Assembly: GCA_965644295.1 (NCBI GenBank) | Contig: CBFFRP010000133.1 | Coordinates: forward strand, 271,843-335,842 | Source: Paraphysomonas bandaiensis | Taxonomy: Eukaryota; Protista; Chrysophyceae | Reading direction: 5' to 3' | Length of the DNA stretch: 64,000 nucleotides | Part shown: in pieces, positions 12,541 to 25,371 of the stretch | How positions within the stretch are numbered: position 1 is the stretch's first letter | How the letters are laid out: each line of letters starts with the position of its first letter | Position numbers and translations under genes: made by a program | Notes under the pieces: generated by a model | The model's database searches: none | What the model was told of the DNA's origin: nothing | The model's input: only the letters and a program-made list of their open reading frames with translations

Positions 12541-12956
12541 CAAAGCCGGACTTCCACCTTTTCGTGGTATACTGGGGGATTACTATCGAACATATTTCTC
12601 CCGGAAACTAACATGAGCCGCAAAGATATTCAGAAGATAATTTTCTACCCACTCATATACTCAAATGCTTGTGTGGTACTTACACAAGCGACACTAATAT
12701 ATGTGTCACTTCTGTAGGCCCTGGTGATGAATAAACAGACATCCGAGTTATTGGGAATGTACCGGGTTGTTCACGTTAAGGACTCGAACATCCTGAAGTC
12801 AACAGATGATAGGTATATATCAACATTCTGCTTGTTGCTCACTGCGTTTGCTTTGAGTGATAGAGCGCAAGTGGTTGCACCTTGGTGATTGCATTGACGC
12901 ACAAGCAGCTTTCGTAGCGGTAAATAGTAGGACATCAGAGTTAAGCACTAGTTAGT
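12541..12956 (+). repeat. Dispersed repeat R1, copy C
   Basis: Colinear similarity with copies A, D, E and F. Confidence 0.88.
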
Positions 12957-13996
12957 AAAATAATTGCAATGCTGAATTAGATATTCACATCGATAAAAGA
13001 CAGTAACTGTGACATATATGCATATTCATAACATGAATGAAAATACAATGAATATCATTGTCAAAACAATTCACATTCATTCAACACTAATCCTTTCGCA
13101 CTCAACTACCCGTACATAGAGCTGCAATATTCTCTTGTGTGATTATATACTCGGTGAAACTGGAAAATGACTTTGTGGTGAGATTACGACAGATGTCAAA
13201 ACATCTTGCTAAAAAGTCGGGGTAATTCTAAAGCCTAAAAAAATGAATAAACCCTGGTCGACAAAGGGTATTACTATATGCACGATAAGAAGCTATAGAT
13301 AATTCAACAGTGTGAATAATATTAATTATAATAATTTTGCCCACACTTTCCAACATAATATTATTTTGCTTCAGCTCTAAAACAAAATAGTGTTGATGGA
13401 ACGCTATCTAACGATAGTATTGTTTCCTACTTTATATGTCGCTTCTTGCCTCATAAATAATACCTTAAAGGACCAGCCGCTATCACAAAGTTTGGAAAAT
13501 AAGTTACGTCGCATGAACATTGTTTTCAGATTAATATATACCGGGAGGTGTTAACGGTAGTAGAGCCCAGTAATAAATGATGTCGTGATTTGAGTTTCTG
13601 ATTATAAGCACCCTCAGCCATTTAAAATTAATCAGTTACAACTGAAACGTAATATCAATACAACAATAACTACTGCATAAACAAAACACTGCGTGATATT
13701 AGTTTGCAGTGTGATATTCGTAGTTTCCCCCCTGTTTCACTAGGTTCCATCTCATATAAATATGGGAGGCAGAGCTCTCATCGGAAGCAACATCATACTT
13801 AGAAAATATCGTAAACAGATAATTTACGCACATACAAACCAAAAACCAAAACCCAAGTCCCACTTGAAGCTATTCGTATGTTATAAATTACTAAATCAGA
13901 AACACCAGGTGAAATTGACACAGCCACCATATAATCGCACATTTCACTACAATCATTCTAGCTAGGTATAATACTAGCACCTTCTCATACTTCGAT

Positions 13997-16197
13997 TCAC
14001 GAATTCCACCCACCACTTCGATCATGATACATTTGACTGTAATACGACGGCATGTTTTGTGCACTTTGTGAACCCAACGGCAAACTTTGCTCCATAGACA
14101 TCATATCAGCCCCGTGCGAACTTTGGAGAGTTGAAGTCGACACCCTTGAGCCAGGAGGATATGTAGTCGAACTATGCCCGCCGGCAAGCCCACCACCCCT
14201 ACTTATATTCATTGGCAAATGGCTTGCAGCTGGGCCACCGGACCCAGACATTTGGTGAGGCGCCATGTTAGAGTGTTGTTGTGATTGGTGCAGTAAGTCA
14301 ACAATTGACATTTCCATACACCTGCCAACAGATACATTATTTACAACATAGCATTGAAAAAGCAGAACCTTCGAACATCACTGAAAGATACAGCCAATAA
14401 ATCTTTTCCATCGCGAGAACTCAACAAAATTTTCTCAGGATCACCTGCATCAAGTTTATTTAGTGACGATACAACATGTCCCATGTCAATTACAGGAACT
14501 CCTTCCAAGTCAGTCTGATGAAAAAGGTAATCTCTGAACAGTTGCAATACATATCTGTCCCCAGTTTCGCTCCATGATGGCGACAATGAAAACTCCGGCC
14601 TTTCGTTTATTAGCCCCAGCTTTGCAAGAAGTCGAAACATTCTTCCATTCTCATATTCACTTCTGAGATTCAGATGTAGAGCATCGCTTGACGCCATCGC
14701 AAAATCCAACTCATCACACATTTTGTCGTACATCATATGACAGACTACAAAGTACATAACACGACAAGGAAGAAATAAACACACTCGTAAATACCTTGTT
14801 CAGCACTGCGATTACCCGTAAGCAATGCAGCAACGACACGACAGAGGTCTGAAGAAAAGTGCTGTTGAAGAAGGTTCATCCCTGCCTCCATCGTCTTGGG
14901 TGTGACCATCGATCGAGCAGCCACAGATAGTACCACACATCCCAGTCGAAGTAGGTCCTCAATTTGCATATCCTCAGTAGACTTACGACTTTCAAACTCT
15001 AGTACATCCGCAACACCCACATTGGTGATACGAAAGCGTGCGCCAGAAGTAAGGAGAATATGGGCCGGACTGATGGATCGCACTGCCATGTTCCTTGAAT
15101 GCACAAGACGCACGCCAGCCAGAAGCTGAGCTAATAGCCGCCACAAAAGCGACTCGCCAACCAGACCACCAGATGTTGCACTTCGTGGATCTAAAAACCG
15201 CTGTTTTAAAGTCTGTGCAGCCGGGTGATGTGCGTGAGCGAAAAAAATTGCTCCTTTCTCTACGGAAATGGAGTACAAGGTCACAATCGAGGGATGCCTT
15301 ACCGCAGTCCACTTCGATTGCGAATTCTTCAACACCGAAGGATTGATTAGTCTTACGTTGTCAAACCTGCGCAAGGCATATAGCTGACTATCCGCACGAT
15401 CCACGACCTTATAAAGACTGCTGGGATACCCAAAGCTTCCACCTGCACCACGTTGAGACGAAGGGTCGTCCAGGGGATACGCGGAATGATAACGCACTGG
15501 AATCTCCTTGTAGCGGTCGTCATCAGGGTCCATTTGTCGCAAACAATCCAGATCAAGACTTTGAAAATGTTGTCGCATGGGTTCAGGAATTCCCACTGCT
15601 AATAGGCTGCGCTTGGGAGGCGCTGGGAGAGTTGATGCGGAAGCAGCCCATTCCATACCTTCCAACATCAACTGTTGAGACGACTGCCCTTCGATTGCTG
15701 CACTATATGCATACGCCATGCTTTCAGGAACAAAAACAGTACTGCCATTCCAAGTCACCTGCATACACTATTATTAAAGTATGTAGAGTATTGATGTCCA
15801 CACAGACACGTACTTCAACCATCTCTTCTGCACTATGTTGACCAGCAGATTCGTTCTGAGGGTTAGATTCATGGTAGCCCGACTCTACTGATTTCGTAGG
15901 AAGCCATTCGTTTGCTGACAAATTTAATCCCGTTGTTGAATAGGCATCGCTGCTACTTGCTGTCAGCGGCTTACTGCTGCTGGGTATAAATTCTTTCGCT
16001 GTCACTGCAAGAACAGAAGACGATGACGCCTCGGCTGTTTTTGTCTTATCCATACGAACGCCGCCTAATTTAGAGGCTGGGGACCAATAAGGCGCATTGT
16101 CTGATAGTTTATTACCAGGTCGTGGGGGGGTGTCGCTGCTGATGTCATGAGTATGAACGAGTCCTGTGCCAGGAACAAATTCTTTGATAGGATTCAT
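13997..16197 (-). CDS. PAN3: PAN2-PAN3 deadenylase subunit PAN3 (pseudokinase), multi-exon
   Basis: PAM2-like motifs (TAKEFIP, SANEWLP), pseudokinase (FGYPSSLYKVVDRAD..LYALRR) and the C-terminal knob signature ENGRMFRLLAKLGLINERPEF...WSETGDRYVLQLFRDYLFHQ...LNKLDAG..EKILLSSRD. Confidence 0.95.
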
Positions 16198-16864
16198 TAG
16201 AGGTAATCTGGGGAAAATTAAGAATATATTAGCATGAGTTAGGACGCGTTATGGTTGAGGATATAGCGACCTAGCAGCGAAACGTCAATAGACTGCCTGC
16301 TGTTTAAAAGAGCGACATGCTCTGAACATACTGCAGGTGCGGTATATACAGATATACAGCAGTATACAGTGATAGACTGGATATGTTGGAGTTCTACACA
16401 TACGATCATAGAATTTAACAGAAAAACTTGTATTTCCTGTAGGAATTCCCAGATATACACTGTATAATACTATTTATCCCCATTTTTTATGTCAACAGCA
16501 GATTTTTGGTTTATTGATATTAAAAATGGTACAGTATAGAGAAGTGGAAGTGTGATATGCAACTTCCAGCTTTCTGATTGGTTAATACGAGTGAGAGTGT
16601 CTTATTTTTGAAGGAGGAAGTCGGCGTGACGCACAATGCATTCTGACGTATTGGCATCCTTTGTATATTTTTGTTCAAAGATGCCTCTAATATTGAGACA
16701 AAAAATATCTGTATTCCAGCTGTTGTTTTATTGCAGATATATAGAATATATTTGCTTCAATTTATTTCCGAAAAATAAGATGCTGACAACCTACACGCGT
16801 GTAGGTTTACATACAGCATGAAGATAGTGTCCCTCGTAGAGACCACAAGTTAAATCTGTTACAT

Positions 16865-18941
16865 ATGGCCCGCCTCAGTATGAGAGGAATGAATGGAGCA
16901 GAGAGTAACTCATCTCCTGAGAGTCTTCTGGGATTTTTTAAGGGAGTTGGAGAGTCCATAGCCGCCTATCGCCTCCCTATGATAGAGTGGTTGCCGGGAT
17001 ACTCGGTCCATGATTTGTATAATGACATGAATGCGGGTGTTACAGTGTTTGTCTTGTTGGTGCCACAGGGAATGGCTTATGCATTGCTAGCTGGCGTTCC
17101 TCCCGTGTATGGTCTCAACTGCGCTACAGTGCCATTGATAGTGTATACTCTCTTAGGCAGTAGCCGACAACTATCTCTAGGAGCTATGGCACTAACTTCT
17201 CTACTTTCTGCTGAAGTTGTTAGTGATTTAGGATACGAACCTGAATCAGCTGAGTATATCCATGCCTCTCAGTCTCTTGCTTTATTGACTGGCATATGCT
17301 TGACACTGATGGGTATTCTTCAGATGGGTAATTTAACTAATTTGTTATCCCCTTCGGTCTTGACTGGTTTCATTACGGGTGGTGCAGCTGTTATATTTTT
17401 ATCTCAGTTGAAGCATATTTTTGGATTGTCTGTTAATCGCGGTCGATATTCTCATGAAATATTATATCGCATATGCGTGAACATACCAGAGTTGTCACCG
17501 CTGGCATTGGCAATAGGTATAGCTAGTGTAATAGTACTTTTAGGCATCAAAAAGTGGCGTCAGTGGTATAAGAAACAAGACAAATCGACACGTTCAGAGT
17601 GGAACGATAGATTGTATATGATATCGAACTCTGCGCAATTATTTGTTGTTTTTTTCACCACGGTTATTTCTTACGTAGTACACAAGTCGTCTTCGCTTCG
17701 TATTCCGATTGTTGGCCATGTACCAGCTGGTTTAAAGACTCCAACATTTGTAGGGTTGGACATTAGATTACTTCCTGGGGCTGTGGCAATCAGTCTTATA
17801 TCATTTGCTGGTATGCATGCTGTTTTGTGATGACTGTTCACTACAATGTGATTGCGCTGTAGTGTCTACCTTAAGTGTTTTGTCGTTTTGTCTGTGATGG
17901 AGTGATTGACGAAATATGTCATTTCTGCGGCATGCTTTATGTATAGTCTTATTCGTACTTGCTTCAGGCAATTGGGCTGTCGGTAAACAGTTTGCCAAAG
18001 GCTATACACTGTCGGCAGCAAGTGAGCTCTTTGCAACAGGCGCGGGCAATATAGCGTCATCTATATTTAATGGTTTTATTGTGTCTGGTGGTCTGTCAAG
18101 ATCTGCTGTCAATGCTGAAGCAGGAGCAGTGACTCCGATGGCTGGGACAATTAGTGCGATATTCATGATTTTGGCAATTCAGTTTTTGACGCCACTGTTT
18201 CACTTTTTGCCAATGGCCACACTAGGAGCAATTATAGAAGTTTCTGTTGTATCAATGATAGATATTGCTTCTATTAAAAAGGCGTATGATACGAAAAGCT
18301 ATTCTGATTGTTTCGTAATGTGTACCACTGCGTGTGTTGTATTTTTTCTGGATATAAATATCGGTTTAGTGGTGGGAATACTTCTATCGTTTTTGGTGTT
18401 TTTGTACTACAATATATATCCAGATATAGCCTTTGAACAGTTTTTGCCTTCACATTATTCGAATTGTTTTGCTGATAAAGAAAAGGGCGCAGACAACGAC
18501 GGCTACGGTTATTTCAATGCTGTAATAAAGACGACAGCACCTTTGTTTTTCGGAAACTGCGAGGTTGTGGTCGATTCAGCTTTGGACACGCTTCGGGATA
18601 TTCATTGTAGCAGTGATATTAGTGGTGAAAGTACAGGAATAGTTTTTATGGATGCATCTTCTTGGGGTCGTCATATCGACATGCCCAGTGTAGCGGCTAT
18701 TCGAAAAGTTGCTGAAGAAGCAGAGTCATACGATAAGCCTAAACTGAAAATTGGATTTCTCAACCTGCATGACAATTGTCTACAAACCCTAGTTAATCAT
18801 GGAGTTGTTGGCAACATCGATACGTGCTCCATTGGTTATGAATTAGTAGTACGTGACCTGCATGCTTACGAAAATTTAATGCCGCCGTGCGCTCAATCTG
18901 GAGAAGTTTCACTGGGAGAACGTAAGGAAATCGAAATTTGA
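16865..18941 (+). CDS. SulP/SLC26 anion (sulfate/bicarbonate) transporter with STAS-like C-terminus; intron 17811-17967
   Basis: VPQGMAYALLAGVPPVYGL, LGSSRQLSLG, GGLSRSAVNAEAG, and STAS-like APLFFGN...MDAS...IDMPSV. Confidence 0.93.
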
Positions 18942-19359
18942 AGCTATTGTGAGTATATTTCTATTAATTAATTTTATGTGCGTTTTGGTGTCTGCTGCAG
19001 TTTTATATATCGCTTTTGATTCATGGATTTTATTAAAGCAGAATTGAGTGTCAATCGGAAAATTTGTAAGAAACAAATTGTCCTAAGAAGTACACATATA
19101 TGTCTTGAGAGTAAACCGATTGTGTTTACTAAGTGTAGTATTCCATAAAACGAGCTCAAAAGTAGAGTGGCATCTAAAATGAGTATCTTAATTTTAATGG
19201 GAGCAAATTTATTGCTAAGGGCTTTTGACGAAATCTTAAACGGATGCTTGTATAAAATGAAAAGCCCAATAGAATAAAGTTACACACTATGATACCACTT
19301 ATAGGTACACAACTAACAACTACTACGACGTAAATCCCATAGAACACAAAGATATCTAC

Positions 19360-19545
19360 TGTTGAGTTTTGCTGTTTGTGAGCAATTAAAAGCTGTAGTT
19401 TCCAAGATATTAGAATTATATCCGTTACTCAAAGAATACAGTAGTAGCTAGCTGTAGTATGAGAACCAATAATATGATAGCCATTGTAGTGATAAAACTG
19501 AAATATACTGACTGTACAAGATAGTGACGATGTAAGATCGTGTTA
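19360..19545 (+). mobile_element. Copia-type LTR fragment related to 33822-34109
   Basis: Starts TGTTGAGTTTTGCTGTTTG.. AATTAAAAG, matching the reverse complement of ~34070-34109; no TSD found. Confidence 0.55.
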
Positions 19546-20051
19546 TACGTTTTATGGAGAGAAACTTCGCATTATTTACTCTTCCAGATACAACTTTTAC
19601 GAATACTTTCATCTTTCACGCTACCAGTAGACCAACAGCTCTCTGTGTAGGCCGCTGTACGAAGAACACCCCCCCAAAATGACCCTCAAATATAGGTACA
19701 TCCCACGGCAATACGATGATTGACATATACAAAGCGCATATATGCAATCAACTTTGCCTCACTATCAATACCACGTTCTTGAAGCATACACTTCCGCCTC
19801 ATTCTCTTCAAGTTTCGTGTAGATTCGTGTAGAATACGATCTGATTAACATCTGAGAAAATTATATTGCTGTGTTGGGCGTGGCGAGATATCGACAGCAC
19901 AGTCAATCCCGCGTAATCTATTTCAATGGAACACCCACTCGATATCACTCATTCAATGGAAAACGACGAACAGATTAACATCAACTGCAAAAGGCTGCAA
20001 ATCGATAAACTAAACAGCTCTCCATTATCAGATACGGCAGCCCGATAACCG

Positions 20052-20202
20052 CGTATCGGCAGTCAGCATCTTCTTTTTCGGTAATAAAATGAAGCAGAAA
20101 TCCTCTTTATAACTGCAGTATAAATACGGCTGGAACACACATAATTGTTGTCTCAATATTAGAGGCATATTTGAACAAAAATACACAAAGGATGCCGATA
20201 CG
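20052..20202 (+). mobile_element. MITE R2, copy 1 (151 bp)
   Basis: TIR CGTATCGGCA...TGCCGATACG; 2-bp TSD CG. Confidence 0.88.
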
Positions 20203-20653
20203 CGATAAGGCTTTTCAGCACTTTATTTGAGGAAATAGTGATTGAAGTCCACAAATCTTTGAACTTTTGTTTACAAAAAATGTCCAAAAAAATGGCTGAA
20301 AATGGCGTATCGAAAGTAGGAGCAGCAGACGACAAAGAGGTTATGGCTATATTCAGTGTTCAGATTTCAGTTTTGCTTAATAAGCCACCAAAAAAGCCAT
20401 TTTTGACCACTGAATTTTCAGAATTCAGTATTCAGAAATTCAGTTTTCCTAATAAGACCCAAGAACCGATATCTTAATACGGAGAATACCGGTAGAATAC
20501 TATAGTATTTCTGGGAATGGTTCGGATATTTCTGACCTTGTCTTCGCACTCTTCCTCCTCAAGTACTGCTGCAGTATGGCAACACATAGAGACACATCGA
20601 CATCATAATTATTCACATATCTGCACACTGAGAGAGAAGAGAAGATCAATAGA

Positions 20654-22744
20654 ATGTCCGCCTTTGTACCTGCACCTGCACCCATGTCTGCCTTCAAGCA
20701 AGCTGTTCTTAACAGTGAAAATCCTGATGATGGTATGCTGCGCACACGAGGAGAGAACAGACACCCTGCTCTAACAGCTGCTGGACTCGGCGACTCTCTT
20801 CTGGCTCTCTTCGATAAATTCTTTCAAGGAATTTCAGAGAATGATCTGCGTGAAAGCATCCGCAGAGTGATCGAAGAGTCTCGCGCACAGTCTGACATTG
20901 AGATCATCGTCAATCTATTCGTAATGGCGTTCCACACGAGATGGTGTCGAGGAGGAAAAGGCGCTAAGTTACCTTTCTATCAGTGCCTCAAGATTCTCTA
21001 TGAAGTGTTTCCTGTTCCCGTAGAGCATTTAATAAGCCTTATACCACAGTATGGGTACTGGAAAGATTTACTGTTGTTACTAGAGGAGGTCAAAGAAAAT
21101 CCTGTGCGTGGTGTAAACTATGAACGTCTTGAAGATGTGGTTTGGAATGTATATGCTAAACAACTATCTGAGGACTACGTTGCTTTACAAACTCATAAAG
21201 CAGCTGGAACTACACCTTCTTTATCTTTTGCGGGAAAATACGCCCCGCGGGAACATAAGCATTTGGATGGATCGCTGAAGGGGGTCAAAAATCTTGCGAA
21301 GAGAATGTTTAAAAGCGATTCTAGCATTGTTATTTCCAGTCCTGGGCCAATCCATCCCAATGAAACTGATGACGGTGTACTCATTGACAATCAAGGCGAA
21401 GAAATATTGGAAGGCAGCGGTAGCAAGAGTCTCCCCCACACCTTTTCTCTGAAACGTAAGTACCGAGAGGTGGTGTCATCACTTGCGACCGCATTAGACA
21501 TACCGGAGGTTAAGATGTGTGCACATCAATATAGCGAGATTAAAATATCAGCTATTCCCTCAAAATGCTTATCAAAGAACGAGAAAGCCTTCGCAAATGA
21601 AAAGTTGCATGAAGCCCCTCATGGCCCCGTCGAGGAAGAGAAGGGAAACCGATACCCAGATAACCCTGACCGCGTCGGGTGTCGCAAGAACCTTGTCAAC
21701 ACGCTCAGCACAGGAAATGTAAAGGGTGCACAAAACTATCCACACGAGTACGTAGAAAAGGTTTTTAAGAGCAGGAAGATGTCATTTGTGAGCAAGCTGA
21801 CGGTGAATGCGCAATGGGTCAGTATGAGGGGAAGTATTGAGCGCATGGTAACTCAGAGACGCGAGTCCAAGGGATCGGCCTTATCTGAAGTGTCTCTTGG
21901 AAATCTTGTCCCAATATCGGATGTCTCCGGGTCAATGAATGGGACTCCAATGGCGGTGGCTATTGGCTTGGGAATTCTATGCTCAGAGCTCGCTAACCCC
22001 GCTTTTAAAGACCTTGTAATGACGTTTTCCGCCGACGCGACGTGGGAGCACTTAGGTGACTGCAATTCTTTTGTAGACAAGGTGAAGAAGCTCAAAGCAG
22101 CTCACTGGGGGTATAACACTGACTTCGTAAAAGCCATGCAACGAGTTGCAGATGTGGTTCGAGACCATCATCTTGCTCAAAATGATATACCTAACCTCCT
22201 GGTAATATCTGATATGCAGTTCGATGAAGCCTGTGGCAGCGATGAAACGGGATTGGCATGGAATACAGCATATGAAAATATAGAAAAAATGTTTCATGAC
22301 CTTGGTATAGACATGAATGGCACACCATTCGCCCCGCCCACTATCATTTTTTGGAACGTACGGGGGTCAGTGGGGTTCCCGGCAGCAGCAGATGACAAGG
22401 GAGTGATTCTTCTGTCGGGATACTCCCCTGCCTTAATGAAGTTTATCCTGTCGGGTGAGATGGAGAAAGAGGAGGAGGAAAAGAACCAGAATGATCAAGG
22501 GGAGGTCATGGTGAAGAAAAGGAAAGTACAAGTGACCCCAGCAGAGGCATTGCGTAACGTTCTACATGACGAGGCATTGCTACCTGTTAGACATGCTCTC
22601 AGCGGCCTGTCCGAACACCTCGTTGTTCATTCTGAAAATTTGCTTTCTGATTCGCCACTTCTGAACTCCAATACGAATCGGAATCGAAATCGAAATAGAA
22701 GTAGTAAAAGAAGAGGAATTAGAGGAAGATGTAGATCGCTTTAG
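20654..22744 (+). CDS. DUF2828-family protein with C-terminal vWA (MIDAS) domain, single exon
   Basis: 696 aa; RWCRGGKG, YGYWKDL, GKYAPRE, PEVKMCA, NAQW, vWA DVSGSM, WGYNTDF, ISDMQFD, IIFWNVRG, LLSGYSP. Confidence 0.88.
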   Translation: MSAFVPAPAPMSAFKQAVLNSENPDDGMLRTRGENRHPALTAAGLGDSLLALFDKFFQGISENDLRESIRRVIEESRAQSDIEIIVNLFVMAFHTRWCRGGKGAKLPFYQCLKILYEVFPVPVEHLISLIPQYGYWKDLLLLLEEVKENPVRGVNYERLEDVVWNVYAKQLSEDYVALQTHKAAGTTPSLSFAGKYAPREHKHLDGSLKGVKNLAKRMFKSDSSIVISSPGPIHPNETDDGVLIDNQGEEILEGSGSKSLPHTFSLKRKYREVVSSLATALDIPEVKMCAHQYSEIKISAIPSKCLSKNEKAFANEKLHEAPHGPVEEEKGNRYPDNPDRVGCRKNLVNTLSTGNVKGAQNYPHEYVEKVFKSRKMSFVSKLTVNAQWVSMRGSIERMVTQRRESKGSALSEVSLGNLVPISDVSGSMNGTPMAVAIGLGILCSELANPAFKDLVMTFSADATWEHLGDCNSFVDKVKKLKAAHWGYNTDFVKAMQRVADVVRDHHLAQNDIPNLLVISDMQFDEACGSDETGLAWNTAYENIEKMFHDLGIDMNGTPFAPPTIIFWNVRGSVGFPAAADDKGVILLSGYSPALMKFILSGEMEKEEEEKNQNDQGEVMVKKRKVQVTPAEALRNVLHDEALLPVRHALSGLSEHLVVHSENLLSDSPLLNSNTNRNRNRNRSSKRRGIRGRCRSL

Positions 22745-22789
22745 ATGTATGATAGAAGCACTGCATCACATGTAGGAAGAAGGATGAAG

Positions 22790-24150
22790 TTGGTCTTAAC
22801 CACACTCATTAACCACAGTCAGTAACCACACTTATAAGAAGTAATATATTTACGTCCAAATCAATTAAATTTATTGTATTACTCTGCTAAATAGTACTAT
22901 CAGAGAGTGTGCTTGCATACTCATACAAATCGTTTGCTAGAGTTTGACAATAACCAAAGTACTCAAAATCTTCGGAATCGACATTCATTATATGACGATA
23001 TGCGTTGACAGTGTTTTCTATTATACAACCAACATAAACGAATTGTGCTCTCCCGCCTCACCCAAACGCCCATTGCCACCATCCCTGTGTGGTCATACCC
23101 TCTGTTTGATTTGCTTGTTGTATTTGTCATAGGCATAAAACAGCTTGTAATAGTCATCACGCACAGGAATACATATATGATATCGAGGCCTTGGTTGTCC
23201 GCCTCGTGTACGCATACTTAATACTGTGTGTTGCTTCCCATCTTTCTGCTGAGCGTGCACAACTATTTGCTTCTTTCTTTTGTTCTATACCCATTCTATT
23301 TTCCCCACATATATCTACTCCGTGCTGCACCAGTCGTGTCAACGCAGGAAATTGCTTCGGATTAATAATCCCTCTAAGAATACTCTTAAACTTCAAGGAG
23401 ACATCTTCAGAGTAGAGCTTGTCACATGTAAAGTTGGCAGTGAATGTTTCGGCAAATAGTATGCCAAACGACGAAATCGTAGGATAATTTCTTCTGAACT
23501 CTTTTCGGTATTATTCCAGTCCTGAACACAGTGGACGGACCTTCCTCTGGACACCAGTAAACACGAATTGTTCGCCATAAATACGAATCCAAATAGCACG
23601 CATCTTGTTATATCTTACTCACAGTGAACACCTCAGAGCTTCCTCTGTCGAAAAAGAGGTGCTCAGGATCTATATCTCGGGCAATTGTTGTGACAAGTGC
23701 AGGTGTAACAAACTAAAGAAATATGCTCAGGAGCGTTAGCCTTCGCAGCTCTAACGTTGGATATTGACTGAGAAGGTCTGAATCTGGCAAATGAAACAAT
23801 TTATGTCTCAAACCAATCCGCTTCCACTGTTTTTTAGCCTTCTTCGACTCAGCCCCTATTTTGGCTTGCCGTGCAGCCTTCTCTGTGCGCTCTTTTGTAT
23901 TGGATCTGCTCTGCTTTGGAGACATCTTTAAGTATAAGAATGAGTCGAATATAATGAAGTTACCTGCACATCATTTTGCCCTGTGGTTGGGTCACTGGGA
24001 GTGCTGTCCGCTGCTGTCATATGAATTCACATACTTCATTTGAGTTGAGTCCGAATTGACTGTTACGTTTTTTCCGTACATAACAACAGTGTTTTTTGTG
24101 TTTTTTGTGCTGTGATGGTGAGTGTGGTTTTTGAGTGTGGTTAAAACCAA
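22790..24150 (-). mobile_element. Degenerate TIR DNA transposon (possibly piggyBac-like)
   Basis: Inverted ends TTGGTCTTAACCACACTCA (22790-22808) and TGAGTGTGGTTAAAACCAA (24132-24150) with subterminal AACCACACT repeats; fragmented minus-strand ORFs inside. Superfamily not established. Confidence 0.55.
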
Positions 24151-24621
24151 GTGTTATTTAATAAGAGTCTACAAAAGAAAAACTTTTACGTACTAGCGTT
24201 TTCGATTTTATTTGTGCATCTTAAGGAGTGAAATACTTGCAACATAAAATACATTGTAATTAAATTCTAATCCTTTAACAACTCAGAACTCTTGAGATAC
24301 TGATATCTGATATATTTACAGTAAACATTAATTGACGTTGTAATAGATTAGTTTATCTTTGAACACAACTCAGAATCAATCCTTTTTTTTTTTTATCAGA
24401 TTATTTACACGGAGATTATATGACCCGCAGCCGTTCAGTTTTCACTGGAACAGAAGTAATAAGTGAAATATTATACTCAATTTTATAATATTATATAATC
24501 CAAAAAAGCCTCAGTCATAATCCATGAAAAATTGTCCTCTATGTTAGATTCTGCAGAATGAGGCAATATATATAGTGCTATTGAAATGAGTTAATAGTGT
24601 GCAATATTCTACTATTTACTA

Positions 24622-24990
24622 TTTATCGCTACGAAAGCTGCTTGTGCGCATCACTCAAAGCAAACGCAGTGAGCAAGCAGGGTGTTGATATACCTGATAT
24701 GTGCTGACTTCAGGATATTTGAGTCCTTAAGGTGAACAGCCCGGATGCTTGACTTCAGCAGGCAGCACAATACCCCGGATGCCCTTGAGGTGGGCTCTGT
24801 TCCGGATGCCTGTTTTACTGTTTATTCGTCAAAGCCCAAAGACGTCTACAGAGTGTTTGGCAATGAGCTATGACTGGGCAGAATAATATCTGCTGAATGT
24901 ATATGCGGCTCGCGTTCGTTTCCCGGAGAAATATCTCCGGTACTAATCCCCCAGAACACCACAAAAAGGTGCGAGTTCGACTTTGTTGAG
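24622..24990 (-). repeat. Dispersed repeat R1, copy D
   Basis: Reverse complement is very similar to 33270-33700. Confidence 0.9.
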
Positions 24991-25371
24991 GAGATATGTG
25001 ACACGGTGAAGGTTTACGTGTGGAGCAAGGTTAGCTTCATCAGTGTAATGCCCATTTCTAGCATTCTATAGTGTGGTGATATTCTCTTCTAGTAACAAAA
25101 CCAAAAAAACACAGATATTGCAAAATATCAATTAAGAAGATTTGGACCACCGTGAAGGTGTATAATCATTGGGTTACATACTGCAAGCTTTCTTCATTTC
25201 GTTACAACTGAGATATGGCGTCACAATTTTTAATTCGCCAAACACCTTGGTGAAACCATTCTTACGAAACGTGTTACATGTAAAATTCAACTATAAGGGT
25301 TCTCATAAAACTTCCATATAATACTCACGATAAATAGTCTTCGGCTCCATAGCAGCTACCGCCTTATGTGT

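Noticed and set aside
20205-20460. Possible Harbinger-type end (TAATAAGACCC) and a 79-aa ORF
   Set aside because: No matching opposite terminus; the ORF is low-complexity
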